Assembly (NCBI GenBank): GCA_900617105.1
Contig: UYFQ01000023.1
Coordinates: 186,001-250,000 of the forward strand
Direction of reading: 5' to 3'
Length of the DNA: 64,000 nt
Source: Hydrurus foetidus
Taxonomy: Eukaryota
The notes under the pieces were generated by a model. That model did not search any database, was not told the origin of the DNA, and worked only from the letters and a program-made list of their open reading frames with translations. How positions within the stretch are numbered: position 1 is the stretch's first letter; the number at the start of each line of letters is the position of its first letter. The translations under genes were made by a program, and so were the position numbers. This document shows positions 9,728 to 19,189 of this stretch, piece by piece.

Positions 9728-10582
9728 ATGCCCGTTGACCACTACGAAAACTTCCCCGTCGCTTCCGCACTGTGCCCACCAGCGCTGCGCCCCCCCATCG
9801 CCGCGATCTACCACTTCGCCCGCACCGCTGACGATATCGCTGACGAAGGGGACGCCACACCGACCCAGCGCTTGGCTGATTTGGCGCAGTTCCGAGCTGA
9901 CTTGCACAGCGCAGTGCAGTCGGCCACCCTCTCCCCCCCTTGCTCACCGCCGCATTCAGGCCGCTGGCCCGGTGTGTTTGACGCCCTGCCTGCTGTAGTG
10001 ACGGAATTCACGCTGCCTGTGCCGTTGTTGGAAGACCTGCTCAGCGCGTTCGAGCAAGACGTGCGTTACAACGCCGAGGGTCGCCACTACGCCACCCGCG
10101 ATGAACTGCTGGACTACTGCCGCCGTTCCGCCAACCCCATCGGGCGGCTGCTGCTGCACCTGTACGGCATCGACGATGCGGCCTCACTGGCGCAAAGCGA
10201 CTGCATTTGCACCGCGCTGCAACTCATTAACTTTTGGCAAGACCTGAGCGTGGACATCCCGCGTGGCCGGTTTTATCTGCCTGCCGATGCTTGCAGCGCC
10301 ATGAACGTCAGCACCGACGACTTGAGTGCGCTCAGTCAAACACCAGACATTACAAAATTAATAGCTGCGCAAGCCCACCTGGCAAGCGCATTGATGCACA
10401 AAGGCTCAGCGCTTGCCAAAACCATCCCAGGGCGAGCTGGTTGGGAGTTGCGCTTGGTGGTGCAAGGCGGCCTGCGTATTTTGGACAAAATGGCAGCGAT
10501 GAACCACGCTACCCTGCAAACGCGCCCCAAGCTGCGCTGGCCCGATGTGCTGGTGATGCTGTGGCGAGCGGTGTGGATGTAG
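9728..10582 (+). CDS. hpnC: Squalene synthase HpnC
   Basis: HYENFPVAS, ADDIADEG, YCRRSANPIGRL, NFWQD. Confidence 0.93.
   Translation: MPVDHYENFPVASALCPPALRPPIAAIYHFARTADDIADEGDATPTQRLADLAQFRADLHSAVQSATLSPPCSPPHSGRWPGVFDALPAVVTEFTLPVPLLEDLLSAFEQDVRYNAEGRHYATRDELLDYCRRSANPIGRLLLHLYGIDDAASLAQSDCICTALQLINFWQDLSVDIPRGRFYLPADACSAMNVSTDDLSALSQTPDITKLIAAQAHLASALMHKGSALAKTIPGRAGWELRLVVQGGLRILDKMAAMNHATLQTRPKLRWPDVLVMLWRAVWM
10349..10410 (+). repeat. Dispersed 62-bp motif, copy within hpnC
   Basis: ATTACAAAATTAATAGC-TGCGCAA-GC-CCACCTGGCA-AGC. Confidence 0.65.
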
Positions 10583-10626
10583 CGCAATGCCACAATCCAC
10601 CCCTCCTTTTCCCCCACGCCACCCTT

Positions 10627-10663
10627 CCCCACCAGCCCCCACCAGCCCCCACCAGCCCCCACC
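10627..10663 (+). repeat. Tandem repeat (CCCCACCAGC)x3.7 immediately before the hpnD start codon
   Basis: Read directly from the sequence. Confidence 0.8.
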
Positions 10664-11503
10664 ATGTCCCCGCAAGACTACGTTCAGCAAAAAGCCGCCG
10701 CCTCGGGCAGCAGTTTTTATTACGCCTTTTTGTTCCTGCCCAAAGCACGCCGTGCCGCCATCACCGCGTTCTATGCGTTTTGCCGCGAAGTGGACGATGT
10801 GGTGGACGAAGTCACCGATGCCGGTGTCGCCCACACCAAGCTCGCATGGTGGACGAGCGAAGTCGCGCAAGCCTATGCGGGCAAGCCCAGTCACCCCGTC
10901 ACCCAAGCCCTGATGCCACTGGCTGCTGACTACGGCATTGAGGCCCGCCATTTGCTCGCCGTGATCGAAGGCTGTCAGATGGATTTGCAGCAAACCCGCT
11001 ACCTCGATTTCCCCGGCTTGCAACGCTATTGCCATTTGGTGGCCGGCGTTGTAGGCGAAGTGGCGGCCAATATTTTTGGCCAAACCCAACCCCAAACCAC
11101 GGAATACGCCCATACGCTGGGCTTGGCCTTTCAGCTCACCAACATCATCCGCGACGTGGGTGAAGACGCGCTGCGCGACCGCATTTATCTGCCCGTGAAC
11201 GAGCTGCAACAGTTCGAAGTGAAAGCCCACGAGCTGCTCAAGCGCACCCACAGCGAGCGCTTCGTCGCACTGATGCGCTTCCAGGCACAACGCGCCCACG
11301 CCCTGTACGACCAAGCCTTCGCCCTGCTGCCCGATGCCGACCGCCACGCCCAAAAACCCGGCCTGATGATGGCCAGCATCTACCGCACCCTGCTGCGCGA
11401 GATCGAAGCCGAAAACTTCCAGGTACTCAACCAGCGCATCAGCTTGACACCGATTCGCAAGATGTGGCTGGCCTGGAAGATGCAGGCGCTGGGGCGGATG
11501 TGA
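10664..11503 (+). CDS. hpnD: Presqualene diphosphate synthase HpnD
   Basis: SGSSFYYAF, REVDDVVD, QLTNIIRDVGED. Confidence 0.94.
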   Translation: MSPQDYVQQKAAASGSSFYYAFLFLPKARRAAITAFYAFCREVDDVVDEVTDAGVAHTKLAWWTSEVAQAYAGKPSHPVTQALMPLAADYGIEARHLLAVIEGCQMDLQQTRYLDFPGLQRYCHLVAGVVGEVAANIFGQTQPQTTEYAHTLGLAFQLTNIIRDVGEDALRDRIYLPVNELQQFEVKAHELLKRTHSERFVALMRFQAQRAHALYDQAFALLPDADRHAQKPGLMMASIYRTLLREIEAENFQVLNQRISLTPIRKMWLAWKMQALGRM

Positions 11504-11597
11504 GGAACAGGGCTGAAGTGCAACAAACTTGAAGCTTAAAATCTAGGCTTTGAGTTGCCCTACCTCATCACGCCTGAACTCTTCTTGGAGATGCGAC

Positions 11598-11813
11598 ATG
11601 GCTAAAACAGAACGTCCACATTCAGTGCCTACAGGCTTAGGTGCGGCTGCCTCCGTGGATCATGAAACTCCTTCGATAGACCCTATCGTGGCCGATGTGC
11701 ATGCCATCCGCGCTCAACAATGGGCGCAGTATGGCGACAACACGCAAGCATGGTTCAACGATTTGCTCCAGCATCAGGCACAGCGGATGCACTCACCGAG
11801 TTTGGCAATTTGA
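11598..11813 (+). CDS. Small hypothetical protein (71 aa), antitoxin-like
   Basis: GGAG SD, ATG 11598; DPIVADVHAIR motif; lies between hpnD and hpnE. Confidence 0.45.
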   Translation: MAKTERPHSVPTGLGAAASVDHETPSIDPIVADVHAIRAQQWAQYGDNTQAWFNDLLQHQAQRMHSPSLAI

Positions 11814-11870
11814 AGTCGCAATTTGCGACTTCAAATTGGGGTGGACTTAGAAATCCGTCCATTGGCTTTG
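11792..11870 (+). pseudogene. ORF6N-domain gene fragment containing a 33-bp palindrome
   Basis: Reads LTEFGNLKSQFATSNWGGLR; CAATTTGAAGTCGCAATTTGCGACTTCAAATTG at 11806-11838. Confidence 0.55.
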
Positions 11871-11886
11871 TGCACCCACCCACACC

Positions 11887-13236
11887 GTGAACATCGCCAT
11901 CATCGGTGCCGGTTGGGCAGGTCTTACAGCCGCTGTGCGTGCGGTGCAGAGCGGCCACCGCGTCACCCTGTTTGAAGCCACCCGCAGCCCTGGGGGGCGC
12001 GCCAGAGCCGTCGTGTTGCCCGCGTCAGAGAGCCAGCCAGACGGCGCAGCGCTCACCCTCGACAACGGCCAGCATATTTTGATAGCAGCCTACACAGACA
12101 CTCTGAGGCTGATGCGCTTGGTGGGTGTCAACCCTGACACCGTGCTGATGGCGCAAGCCCTGTCGCTCACCTTCCCCGATGGCACGGGTCTGCAACTCCC
12201 CGATTGGCCCAGCCGCTTTGATGCGCTGGCCGTGCTGGCTGGTATCGCTACCGCCAAAGGCTGGACATGGCGCGACAAGTTCAGCCTGCTGCGCACCGCT
12301 GTGGCGTGGCAGCGCGGGGACTTTCAGTGCAGCCCGAACCAGACCGTGGCCCAACTGTGCGCCACCGTCACGCCCGCCGTGCGCGACGGCTTTATCGAGC
12401 CATTGTGTGTCTCCGCCCTCAATACCCCTGCCTCCAGAGCCAGTGGACAGGTTTTTTTGCGGGTGCTGCAAGATTCGATGTTCGGCGTGCCCGGTGGCTC
12501 CAAGCTGCTGCTGCCCCGCGTCGATTTGGGCCAGCTTTTCCCGGAGCCTGCGCTGAAGTGGTTGATCGCACAAGGCTGCGACGTGCGGATGGGCGAGCGC
12601 ATCAGCGGCCTGCACCACACCACTTCGGGCTGGTGCGTGGGGACACAGCCTTTTGACCATGTGATTTTGGCAACTTCAAGCACAGAATCGGCCCGTCTGC
12701 TTGCCGCATCAGCGCAGACAGCTACAGAAACCATAGCAAACCAATTGCACGACTGGGCGGCTACCGCCACGGCACTGCGGTTTGAAGCCATCACCACGGT
12801 GTACGCCCACAGCCCGCAAGGTCTGCCCAAACCGCTGTTGGCGCTGCGGGCCACAGCACAGCCCCCCGAATACCCGGCGCAGTTTGTGTTTGACAAAACC
12901 CAGTTGACCGGCACAGCAGGCTTGCTGGCTTTCGTGGTGAGCGCCAGTGTGGGCGACAAAGCCACGGTGCAAGCCCAGGTGGTGGCGCAGGTCAAAGCCC
13001 AACTGGGTTTGGCCATCACGCCCCTGCAAACCATCGTCGAAAAACGCGCCACTTTCGCCTGCACGCCGGGCTTGCAACGCCCCGCACAGCACATTGCAGC
13101 GGGCTTGAGTGTCTGTGGCGATTACGTGGAAGGGCCGTACCCCGCAACGCTGGAAGGCGCTGTGCGCAGCGGGTGGGCGGCGGGTGGGCTTGTCACCCCA
13201 AGTGCGCGCACAAGGCCGTCAAATCCGCCACAGTGA
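11887..13236 (+). CDS. hpnE: Hydroxysqualene dehydroxylase HpnE
   Basis: IIGAGWAG FAD motif, DNGQHIL, YPATLEGAVRSG; follows hpnCD. Confidence 0.92.
   Translation: MNIAIIGAGWAGLTAAVRAVQSGHRVTLFEATRSPGGRARAVVLPASESQPDGAALTLDNGQHILIAAYTDTLRLMRLVGVNPDTVLMAQALSLTFPDGTGLQLPDWPSRFDALAVLAGIATAKGWTWRDKFSLLRTAVAWQRGDFQCSPNQTVAQLCATVTPAVRDGFIEPLCVSALNTPASRASGQVFLRVLQDSMFGVPGGSKLLLPRVDLGQLFPEPALKWLIAQGCDVRMGERISGLHHTTSGWCVGTQPFDHVILATSSTESARLLAASAQTATETIANQLHDWAATATALRFEAITTVYAHSPQGLPKPLLALRATAQPPEYPAQFVFDKTQLTGTAGLLAFVVSASVGDKATVQAQVVAQVKAQLGLAITPLQTIVEKRATFACTPGLQRPAQHIAAGLSVCGDYVEGPYPATLEGAVRSGWAAGGLVTPSARTRPSNPPQ
12070..12131 (+). repeat. Dispersed 62-bp motif, degenerate copy within hpnE
   Basis: CAGCATATTTTGATAGC-AGCCTAC-AC-AGACACTCTG-AGG. 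Confidence 0.4.
12676..12737 (-). repeat. Dispersed 62-bp motif, copy within hpnE
   Basis: Minus strand GCTATGGTTTCTGTAGC-TGTCTGC-GC-TGATGCGGCA-AGC. Confidence 0.7.
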
Positions 13237-13912
13237 TGTGCGGCTCGCGTGGCCCATGCGACCAATCCAGCCCATCCCGGTTCAGCCAAGCGACTTGCAT
13301 CCCGGCGTTCATCCCGCCCACAGCATCTAAGTGCGCGTCGTCGCCAATGTGGAGCACCTGTTCGGCAGATACGCCCACAGCCTGCGCGGCTGCGTGGAAG
13401 ATGCGCGGGTGCGGCTTGCCCTCACCGAACAGATGAGCGCTGAAAGCCGCTTTGAAGTACGGCCCCAAGCCCACTTGGCTAATGTCTGCATTGCCGTTGG
13501 ACACCGCAACCAAGGGATAACGGGCGCTCAAAAAGGCCAGTGCAGACAGGGCATCGTCGTAAAACTCAACCCGCTGGCGTTCGGCAAAAAAGGCATCAAA
13601 CGCGGGCTCCGCCAGTGCAGGGTCTTCCCCTGAGCGTTGCAACAGCAAGCGGATGGACTCTCGCCGCAGCGCACTCATGTCGTTCGCCAAATCAGGGCGT
13701 TGCCGGAACATGTCTTCGCGCAAATGGCGCAGCACCTCGGGTGTTGCGGCCAGCGCTGCGGCTTGGGGTGCATGGGTATGCAGCCACGCCAACAGCACTT
13801 TTTCAGCACGCGCGATGATGGGCCAGATGGGCCACAGCGTATCGTCTAAGTCGAGCGAAATGGCTTTGATTTGGGACACATCGAGCACAGAGGGGTTCAG
13901 CAGAGCATTCAT
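13193..13912 (-). CDS. HAD-superfamily hydrolase (YigB-like)
   Basis: DLDDTLW motif [17 protein letters not shown]. Confidence 0.9.
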   Translation of the reverse strand: MNALLNPSVLDVSQIKAISLDLDDTLWPIWPIIARAEKVLLAWLHTHAPQAAALAATPEVLRHLREDMFRQRPDLANDMSALRRESIRLLLQRSGEDPALAEPAFDAFFAERQRVEFYDDALSALAFLSARYPLVAVSNGNADISQVGLGPYFKAAFSAHLFGEGKPHPRIFHAAAQAVGVSAEQVLHIGDDAHLDAVGGMNAGMQVAWLNRDGLDWSHGPREPHITVADLTALCAHLG

Positions 13913-13931
13913 AGGTAGGGGAGAATACCGC

Positions 13932-15077
13932 ATGAATTTACTGTCCCTCTTTCGTTCCCCCTTCCGCCCTGAGCCACCCTTTACCCACGGCCAGCCGCTC
14001 CCCAACGCCCCGCGCACAGCGGTGCTGTGGTGCAACCTGGGCACGCCCGATGCCCCAGAGTCTTCAGCTGTCCGCCGTTATTTGGCCGAATTTTTAAGCG
14101 ACCACCGCGTGATCGAAATCCCCAAAGCGGTTTGGTGGTTCATTTTGAACGGCATCATCTTGCGCACCCGCCCGGCCAAATCAGCCGCCAAGTACGCCAG
14201 CATTTGGACAAAAGAAGGCTCGCCCCTGCGTATTTGGACTGAAAAACAAGCCAAACTGCTGCAAGGCTGGCTGGGTGAGCGCGGCCACAACGTTACCGTG
14301 CGCTACGCCATGCGCTACGGCCAACCCAGCATCGGCACACAGCTCGACGCGCTCAAAGCCGCCGGTGTGCAGCGCATCTTGATCTTGCCCGCCTACCCCC
14401 AGTACAGCGCCACCAGCACCGCCAGCGTGCTGGATGCCGTCTTCGCCTGGGGCCAAACCGTGCGCACCCTGCCCGAGTTGCGCTTTGTGAACCACTACCA
14501 CGATGACGCGGGCTACATCAACGCCGTGGCCCTTCGCGTTGAAGCCCACTGGAAGATTCACGGCAAGCCTGACGCGCAAGGCCAGACAACGAAGCTGCTC
14601 ATGAGCTTCCACGGCGTGCCCGAACGCACCCTGCATTTGGGTGACCCCTACCACTGCGAATGCCACAAAACCGCACGCCTGCTGGCCCAACGCCTGGGTT
14701 TGCAGCCCGCGCAATGGCAATTGAGTTTCCAGTCCCGCCTAGGCCGCGCCAAGTGGCTGGAACCCTACACCGAGCCAAGCCTGATCGCCCTGGGCAAAGC
14801 CGGTCTGAACCGCGTGGATGTGGTGTGCCCCGGCTTCACCAGCGACTGCCTGGAAACCTTGGAAGAAATCGCCATGGAAGGCCGCGAGACCTATCTGCAC
14901 GCAGGCGGCAAAGTCTTCCACTACATCCCCTGCGTGAACGATGACCCGGCGTGGATCACCGCTCTGAGCGAGATCGCAGAGCGCAATCTGGCAGGCTGGC
15001 CGACACAGGGGGCTGTGGATGCGCAGGCGTTGGAGGGGCAAAAGCAGGCGGCTTTGGGGATGGGGGCGAAGCAGTAA
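13932..15077 (+). CDS. hemH: Ferrochelatase
   Basis: [35 protein letters not shown]. Confidence 0.96.
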   Translation: MNLLSLFRSPFRPEPPFTHGQPLPNAPRTAVLWCNLGTPDAPESSAVRRYLAEFLSDHRVIEIPKAVWWFILNGIILRTRPAKSAAKYASIWTKEGSPLRIWTEKQAKLLQGWLGERGHNVTVRYAMRYGQPSIGTQLDALKAAGVQRILILPAYPQYSATSTASVLDAVFAWGQTVRTLPELRFVNHYHDDAGYINAVALRVEAHWKIHGKPDAQGQTTKLLMSFHGVPERTLHLGDPYHCECHKTARLLAQRLGLQPAQWQLSFQSRLGRAKWLEPYTEPSLIALGKAGLNRVDVVCPGFTSDCLETLEEIAMEGRETYLHAGGKVFHYIPCVNDDPAWITALSEIAERNLAGWPTQGAVDAQALEGQKQAALGMGAKQ

Positions 15078-15172
15078 GTAACGGCTACTTGCAAGTTTAA
15101 GGCTGGTGGAGCCCTTCATAATCAAGATCTGCCTCCCCCCCCCCCGCTTTTTCGAGATACCTACCTTTCATC

Positions 15173-15655
15173 ATGGATAAATTCTTGCTGCAGCAGCAAG
15201 TGCTGGAACGGCTCGCCGAAGACCTGCTGCAAGCCGAACAGGCACTGCGGGCGGCCCATGAAACGGCGACTCACGAAGAAAACATCGCCGAAAACAAATA
15301 CGACACATTGGGACTCGAAGCCGCATACCTGGCCACCGGCCAAGCTCGGCGTGCCGAAGGCATCCGCCAAGCGATGGCCAATTGGCGCCAATTCCGCCCG
15401 CGCCCCTACGACTCCAGCAAAGGTATACAGCTCGGCGCGCTGGTCTGCCTAGTCGATTCCAACGACAAGCAGCAACAGCTCTTTCTAGGGCCGGATGGGG
15501 GCAGCATGAAGTTGGTCAGCGGCGCTCAGCTCGTTCAGGTTATCAGCAGCGCAGCCCCTTTGGGCAGGGCCATGCTGGGTAAATGCGAGGGTGATGAGGT
15601 GTGGATACAGGTCGCTCCAATCCGACAGCAGTTTGAGGTGCTGCGGGTTCATTAA
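15173..15655 (+). CDS. GreA/GreB-domain protein
   Basis: ENKYDT motif, coiled coil, C-terminal ISSAAPLGRAMLGKCEGD. Confidence 0.8.
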   Translation: MDKFLLQQQVLERLAEDLLQAEQALRAAHETATHEENIAENKYDTLGLEAAYLATGQARRAEGIRQAMANWRQFRPRPYDSSKGIQLGALVCLVDSNDKQQQLFLGPDGGSMKLVSGAQLVQVISSAAPLGRAMLGKCEGDEVWIQVAPIRQQFEVLRVH

Positions 15656-15941
15656 GCGGCAAGCAAGCCCACGCCGAATTGGCCGAGGTCAGCAGACGTG
15701 CCCGGAGGCTAAACTTCTGCTGCGGGCCATCTGCTGACATTCTTCAATGCAGCTCCATACCGGGCATTCAAATCCCCTCGTTCTACATAGCAGTCGCTGG
15801 TACCCACGCATGCTTGGATGGCTCTTGCGCAGCAACAGCGATCAACGGCTGTTCTCCGCTGAAGGGCAGATGCAGGACCAACGCTGACCCTTGGCGCGCG
15901 GTAACACGCCACCAAATTGTGATTGGTCTGAATTGTTTGGA

Positions 15942-16814
15942 TCATCTGCGTTGCGTGCGGATGATCCGAGTTCGCTCCCTGGCGTAGAACTCACGAAAGT
16001 AGTCGAGCGCATACGGGCCTGCCCGCATCAGCCAACGCACAAACTTCCCTTGGGGGTCTCCAGCCATGAGCCATTGAACGAAGCTGATATCACCTGCGCT
16101 CACATGTTTAATCCATTGGATGGCTTTGCCAGCTTCTGCATCCCAGTGATGCGGGTCAATCGGCACATTCATAAGGCGCCGGAACTCGTCGTGGCGACCC
16201 AATTTCTCACCTTTGTCCACGCGCCGTCGTTCACGCAACCATGACCAGGAAAGCAAATCCGCCGCCTCTAGCTGTGTCGCGTCCCCTTTGCCCGCGGATT
16301 CGAAAGTCCCCAGCCTTAGCCGCTGCTCTAGTTTTGGATCTGCTTTTAATTTATTGAATACCCTGAGTGCCTCGTCCCAGCCCTCAGCTCCCGCCTCGTA
16401 GACGAAATTCACCAACCCCAGCTCACGCCCCCGGAGCAATTGCTCGACACCATAGAAGGCTTGATGCGCAAGAAACGCGTATCCGTTTGTCCAGAGGCTG
16501 TCTTTGATGATCTCTGTAAGGCTGGCCTTCTCGATTGAGAACGCAAACCCGCATGTGGCGTAACGCTGGATGATGGCAATGGCCTCCTGCAGAGAACTTT
16601 CGCGTTCCTCCCTTGACAGGTGCTGATAGACGCCCTTACCCAGCGATTTGAACTCTCTCATATGGTGATAGGCCAAACCATACTTCGCCAGCATCTTCCG
16701 CCACTCAGAATCGAATCGCTCATCGGCCCCGCCCTCGAACACGTAGCCGGCAACGCAAAGGTTCTTCTCGTCGTTCGTACCGCTCTCATCAAAGAACGCC
16801 CGAGCAATTGCCAT
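15942..16814 (-). CDS. DUF3800-like protein (RNase H-like acidic motifs)
   Basis: AFFDESG at the N-terminus, HM, LEAADLL; GAGGTAAGGGAGG SD; atypical composition. Confidence 0.7.
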   Translation of the reverse strand: MAIARAFFDESGTNDEKNLCVAGYVFEGGADERFDSEWRKMLAKYGLAYHHMREFKSLGKGVYQHLSREERESSLQEAIAIIQRYATCGFAFSIEKASLTEIIKDSLWTNGYAFLAHQAFYGVEQLLRGRELGLVNFVYEAGAEGWDEALRVFNKLKADPKLEQRLRLGTFESAGKGDATQLEAADLLSWSWLRERRRVDKGEKLGRHDEFRRLMNVPIDPHHWDAEAGKAIQWIKHVSAGDISFVQWLMAGDPQGKFVRWLMRAGPYALDYFREFYARERTRIIRTQRR

Positions 16815-17255
16815 GTGTGTTCCTCCCTTACCTCACTCGTCCGGCGCTGTGCTGAAACACGTGAAAGCATGATCCAAAATCTTGCGATTATGATCCTGCC
16901 GGTCCGTGGGCTTATATAAGTGCAAGCCGGTTCGGAGACAGCGGCATCGAGTGTTCTGACAGCATCGCGAAGGTCAGCTTTCCATTTCGAAATGGTTTGC
17001 GCAACGTCTACTTTCTACAACCCCATAGAACCGCTTTGGGTCGATTGTTGCCACTCGTGAGTGACGGCTTTGGATCAGTGAAATCCTTCACCCACACCCA
17101 GGAAAGTATCTGACAATAGTCGCGGGCCTCAAGGTAAATTGCCAGGCTCCTGCTTCAGTGAGGCTCAAGCCTGCAATACTGAATAAGGCACGACGGCTTG
17201 GCTTATTCAGGCAAAGGCGTTCCGACGTATTCAACCCCTTTTTTGGTGACACAGC

Positions 17256-18527
17256 ATGGAAACAAAGATGGTGCCCGAATCAGCTCTGCCAGACGCAGCG
17301 CATTCTGACCCCACCCTTATGGGCTGGATGGTGGGGTCGCCACCGCCTCAAGAGAAGCTGGTTCGTTTTGCCGATGGAAGCATGCTCAAGTTTCCGCAAA
17401 ACCGATGGGCCAACAGCAACTATCGATCGCTGGTTCCCACTAAAGGTATATCGCGTGGTTCAGGCTTGGTAGCACCCCTTCCTCGCGCCGACCGACCAGA
17501 TTTGGATGCTGTTGCGTTTGTGCCCATGGACAGTAGCGAAAACATGACCTGGGCCGAATCCCTTTCAGCAAACTACACCGACGGCATAGTGGTGCTGCAC
17601 AAAGGACATATCGTTTACGAACGCTATACGGGTGTGCTCGACGCAGACAGGCCGCATATTGCCTTCTCCGTCACCAAGTCTTTCATTGGCACGATCGCCG
17701 CTTGTCTGGTTCACGATGGCCGTCTTGATGACACCGCAAGTGTTGCGCACTATGTTCCAGAACTTGAAAAGAGTGCCTTCGGCGATGCCACGGTTCGCCA
17801 GGTGATGGACATGACAACTGCTTTGCGGTACAGCGAGGTCTACACCGACCCTAACGCTGAAATTTGGGCACATGCACGCGCTGGTGGATTGCTGCCTAGA
17901 CCCCCCGAATACCAGGGGGCGCAGAGTTTTTATGAGTTTCTTCAGAGTGTGAAGAAGCTGGGCAACCATGGCGAAAGTTTCTCTTACAAAACCGTTAACA
18001 CCGATGTTCTGGGTTGGATTATTCGGCGCATCACGGGCCAGTCATTGGCACAACTTTTGTCGCAAAGAATATGGAGTCAGCTGGGTGCTGAACACGATGC
18101 CTATATAACGGTTGATACGGAAGGCACGGAGTTTGCCGGTGGTGGCTTGAACACCGTCCTTCGTGACCTCGCTCGTTTTGGCGAAATGATGCGCAATGAT
18201 GGAATGGCCATGGGACAGCAAGTGATCCCCAAAGCCGTCATTGATGACATACGCAAGGGTGCGGATCCTCTCAAGTTTGCCCCGGCTGGGTATCACACCC
18301 TGCCTGGCTGGAGCTACCGCAACATGTGGTGGGTATCGCATAACAGCCATGGGGCCTACATGGCCCGTGGTATCCATGGGCAGGCCATTTACGTTGATCC
18401 GATGGCGCAAATGGTCATTGCACGCTATGCCTCCCACCATATGGCTGGCAACCTGGGCATCGACCCGCAGTCGTTACCTGCCTATCACGCCATGGCACTG
18501 CATTTAATGAAAGACAGTGGGCACTGA
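17256..18527 (+). CDS. Serine hydrolase, beta-lactamase fold (6-aminohexanoate-dimer hydrolase NylB-like)
   Basis: FSVTKS (SxxK), YKTVNT, RDLARFG, ARGIHGQ. Confidence 0.85.
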   Translation: METKMVPESALPDAAHSDPTLMGWMVGSPPPQEKLVRFADGSMLKFPQNRWANSNYRSLVPTKGISRGSGLVAPLPRADRPDLDAVAFVPMDSSENMTWAESLSANYTDGIVVLHKGHIVYERYTGVLDADRPHIAFSVTKSFIGTIAACLVHDGRLDDTASVAHYVPELEKSAFGDATVRQVMDMTTALRYSEVYTDPNAEIWAHARAGGLLPRPPEYQGAQSFYEFLQSVKKLGNHGESFSYKTVNTDVLGWIIRRITGQSLAQLLSQRIWSQLGAEHDAYITVDTEGTEFAGGGLNTVLRDLARFGEMMRNDGMAMGQQVIPKAVIDDIRKGADPLKFAPAGYHTLPGWSYRNMWWVSHNSHGAYMARGIHGQAIYVDPMAQMVIARYASHHMAGNLGIDPQSLPAYHAMALHLMKDSGH

Positions 18528-18563
18528 CCGATGACCCGCATCAGGCGCTGATTTTGGCGAACG

Positions 18564-19136
18564 CTACAAAAACAACTGCGCCAATTCAGCCCCCACCACC
18601 AGCCGTATGCCCTGCACTTTGGCGAAGGTGCTGGCGGTGTCGGTGACTTGGCTCAGGCCATTCAAGCAGAGGTAGGTGCAGCTGTCGGCACCGCGCTTGT
18701 CTCGCTCAGCCACCAAATCGCGCAGCGCGTCGATGCCGTGGTTGGCGGCTTTCCAGCGTTTGGCGCTGACGATGGTGGTGCTGCCGTTTTTCAGCAAGCT
18801 GAAGTCGGCGGCGGGGCTGTTGATGCGTGTCACTGTGGAGCCTCGGCGCAGGTAGGCTTGCTCTAAGGCTTCAGAGAACTCACGCCACGGCATGGCGCTG
18901 ATTTTGGCCTGCATATCAAGCAGCAGCGCGGGGCTGGGGGCGTGCCATTGCCGCCATGCGGTGATGCAGCCAATCGCCAAAAACGGAAACGAACCCATCA
19001 TCCCGAAAGCCACGTACTCCCGGGGCAGCAGCGCCAACGAGGCGGCGGCGAACACGGCGACCACCGCAAAGCTGATCCACGAGGGGGATCGCAGCAGTAT
19101 GGCGAACACCGAGTTGTCGGACATTTTGAATTTCAT
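18564..19136 (-). CDS. Membrane-anchored Mrr-type restriction endonuclease domain protein
   Basis: Two N-terminal TM helices, WREFS, ADF...SAKRWK. Confidence 0.75.
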   Translation of the reverse strand: MKFKMSDNSVFAILLRSPSWISFAVVAVFAAASLALLPREYVAFGMMGSFPFLAIGCITAWRQWHAPSPALLLDMQAKISAMPWREFSEALEQAYLRRGSTVTRINSPAADFSLLKNGSTTIVSAKRWKAANHGIDALRDLVAERDKRGADSCTYLCLNGLSQVTDTASTFAKVQGIRLVVGAELAQLFL

Positions 19137-19189
19137 GGGCTTCCTGTTGTTGTCTTTTGTTTTTTGAACGACGGGTTAAGTCGGCATAT

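Noticed and set aside
15679..15987. ORFs between the GreA-like and DUF3800-like genes
   Set aside because: No SD or recognisable motif; probably non-coding or decayed
17256..18527. Beta-lactamase resistance gene
   Set aside because: Motifs fit NylB-like esterase/amidase members of the fold; no signal peptide and no KTG motif
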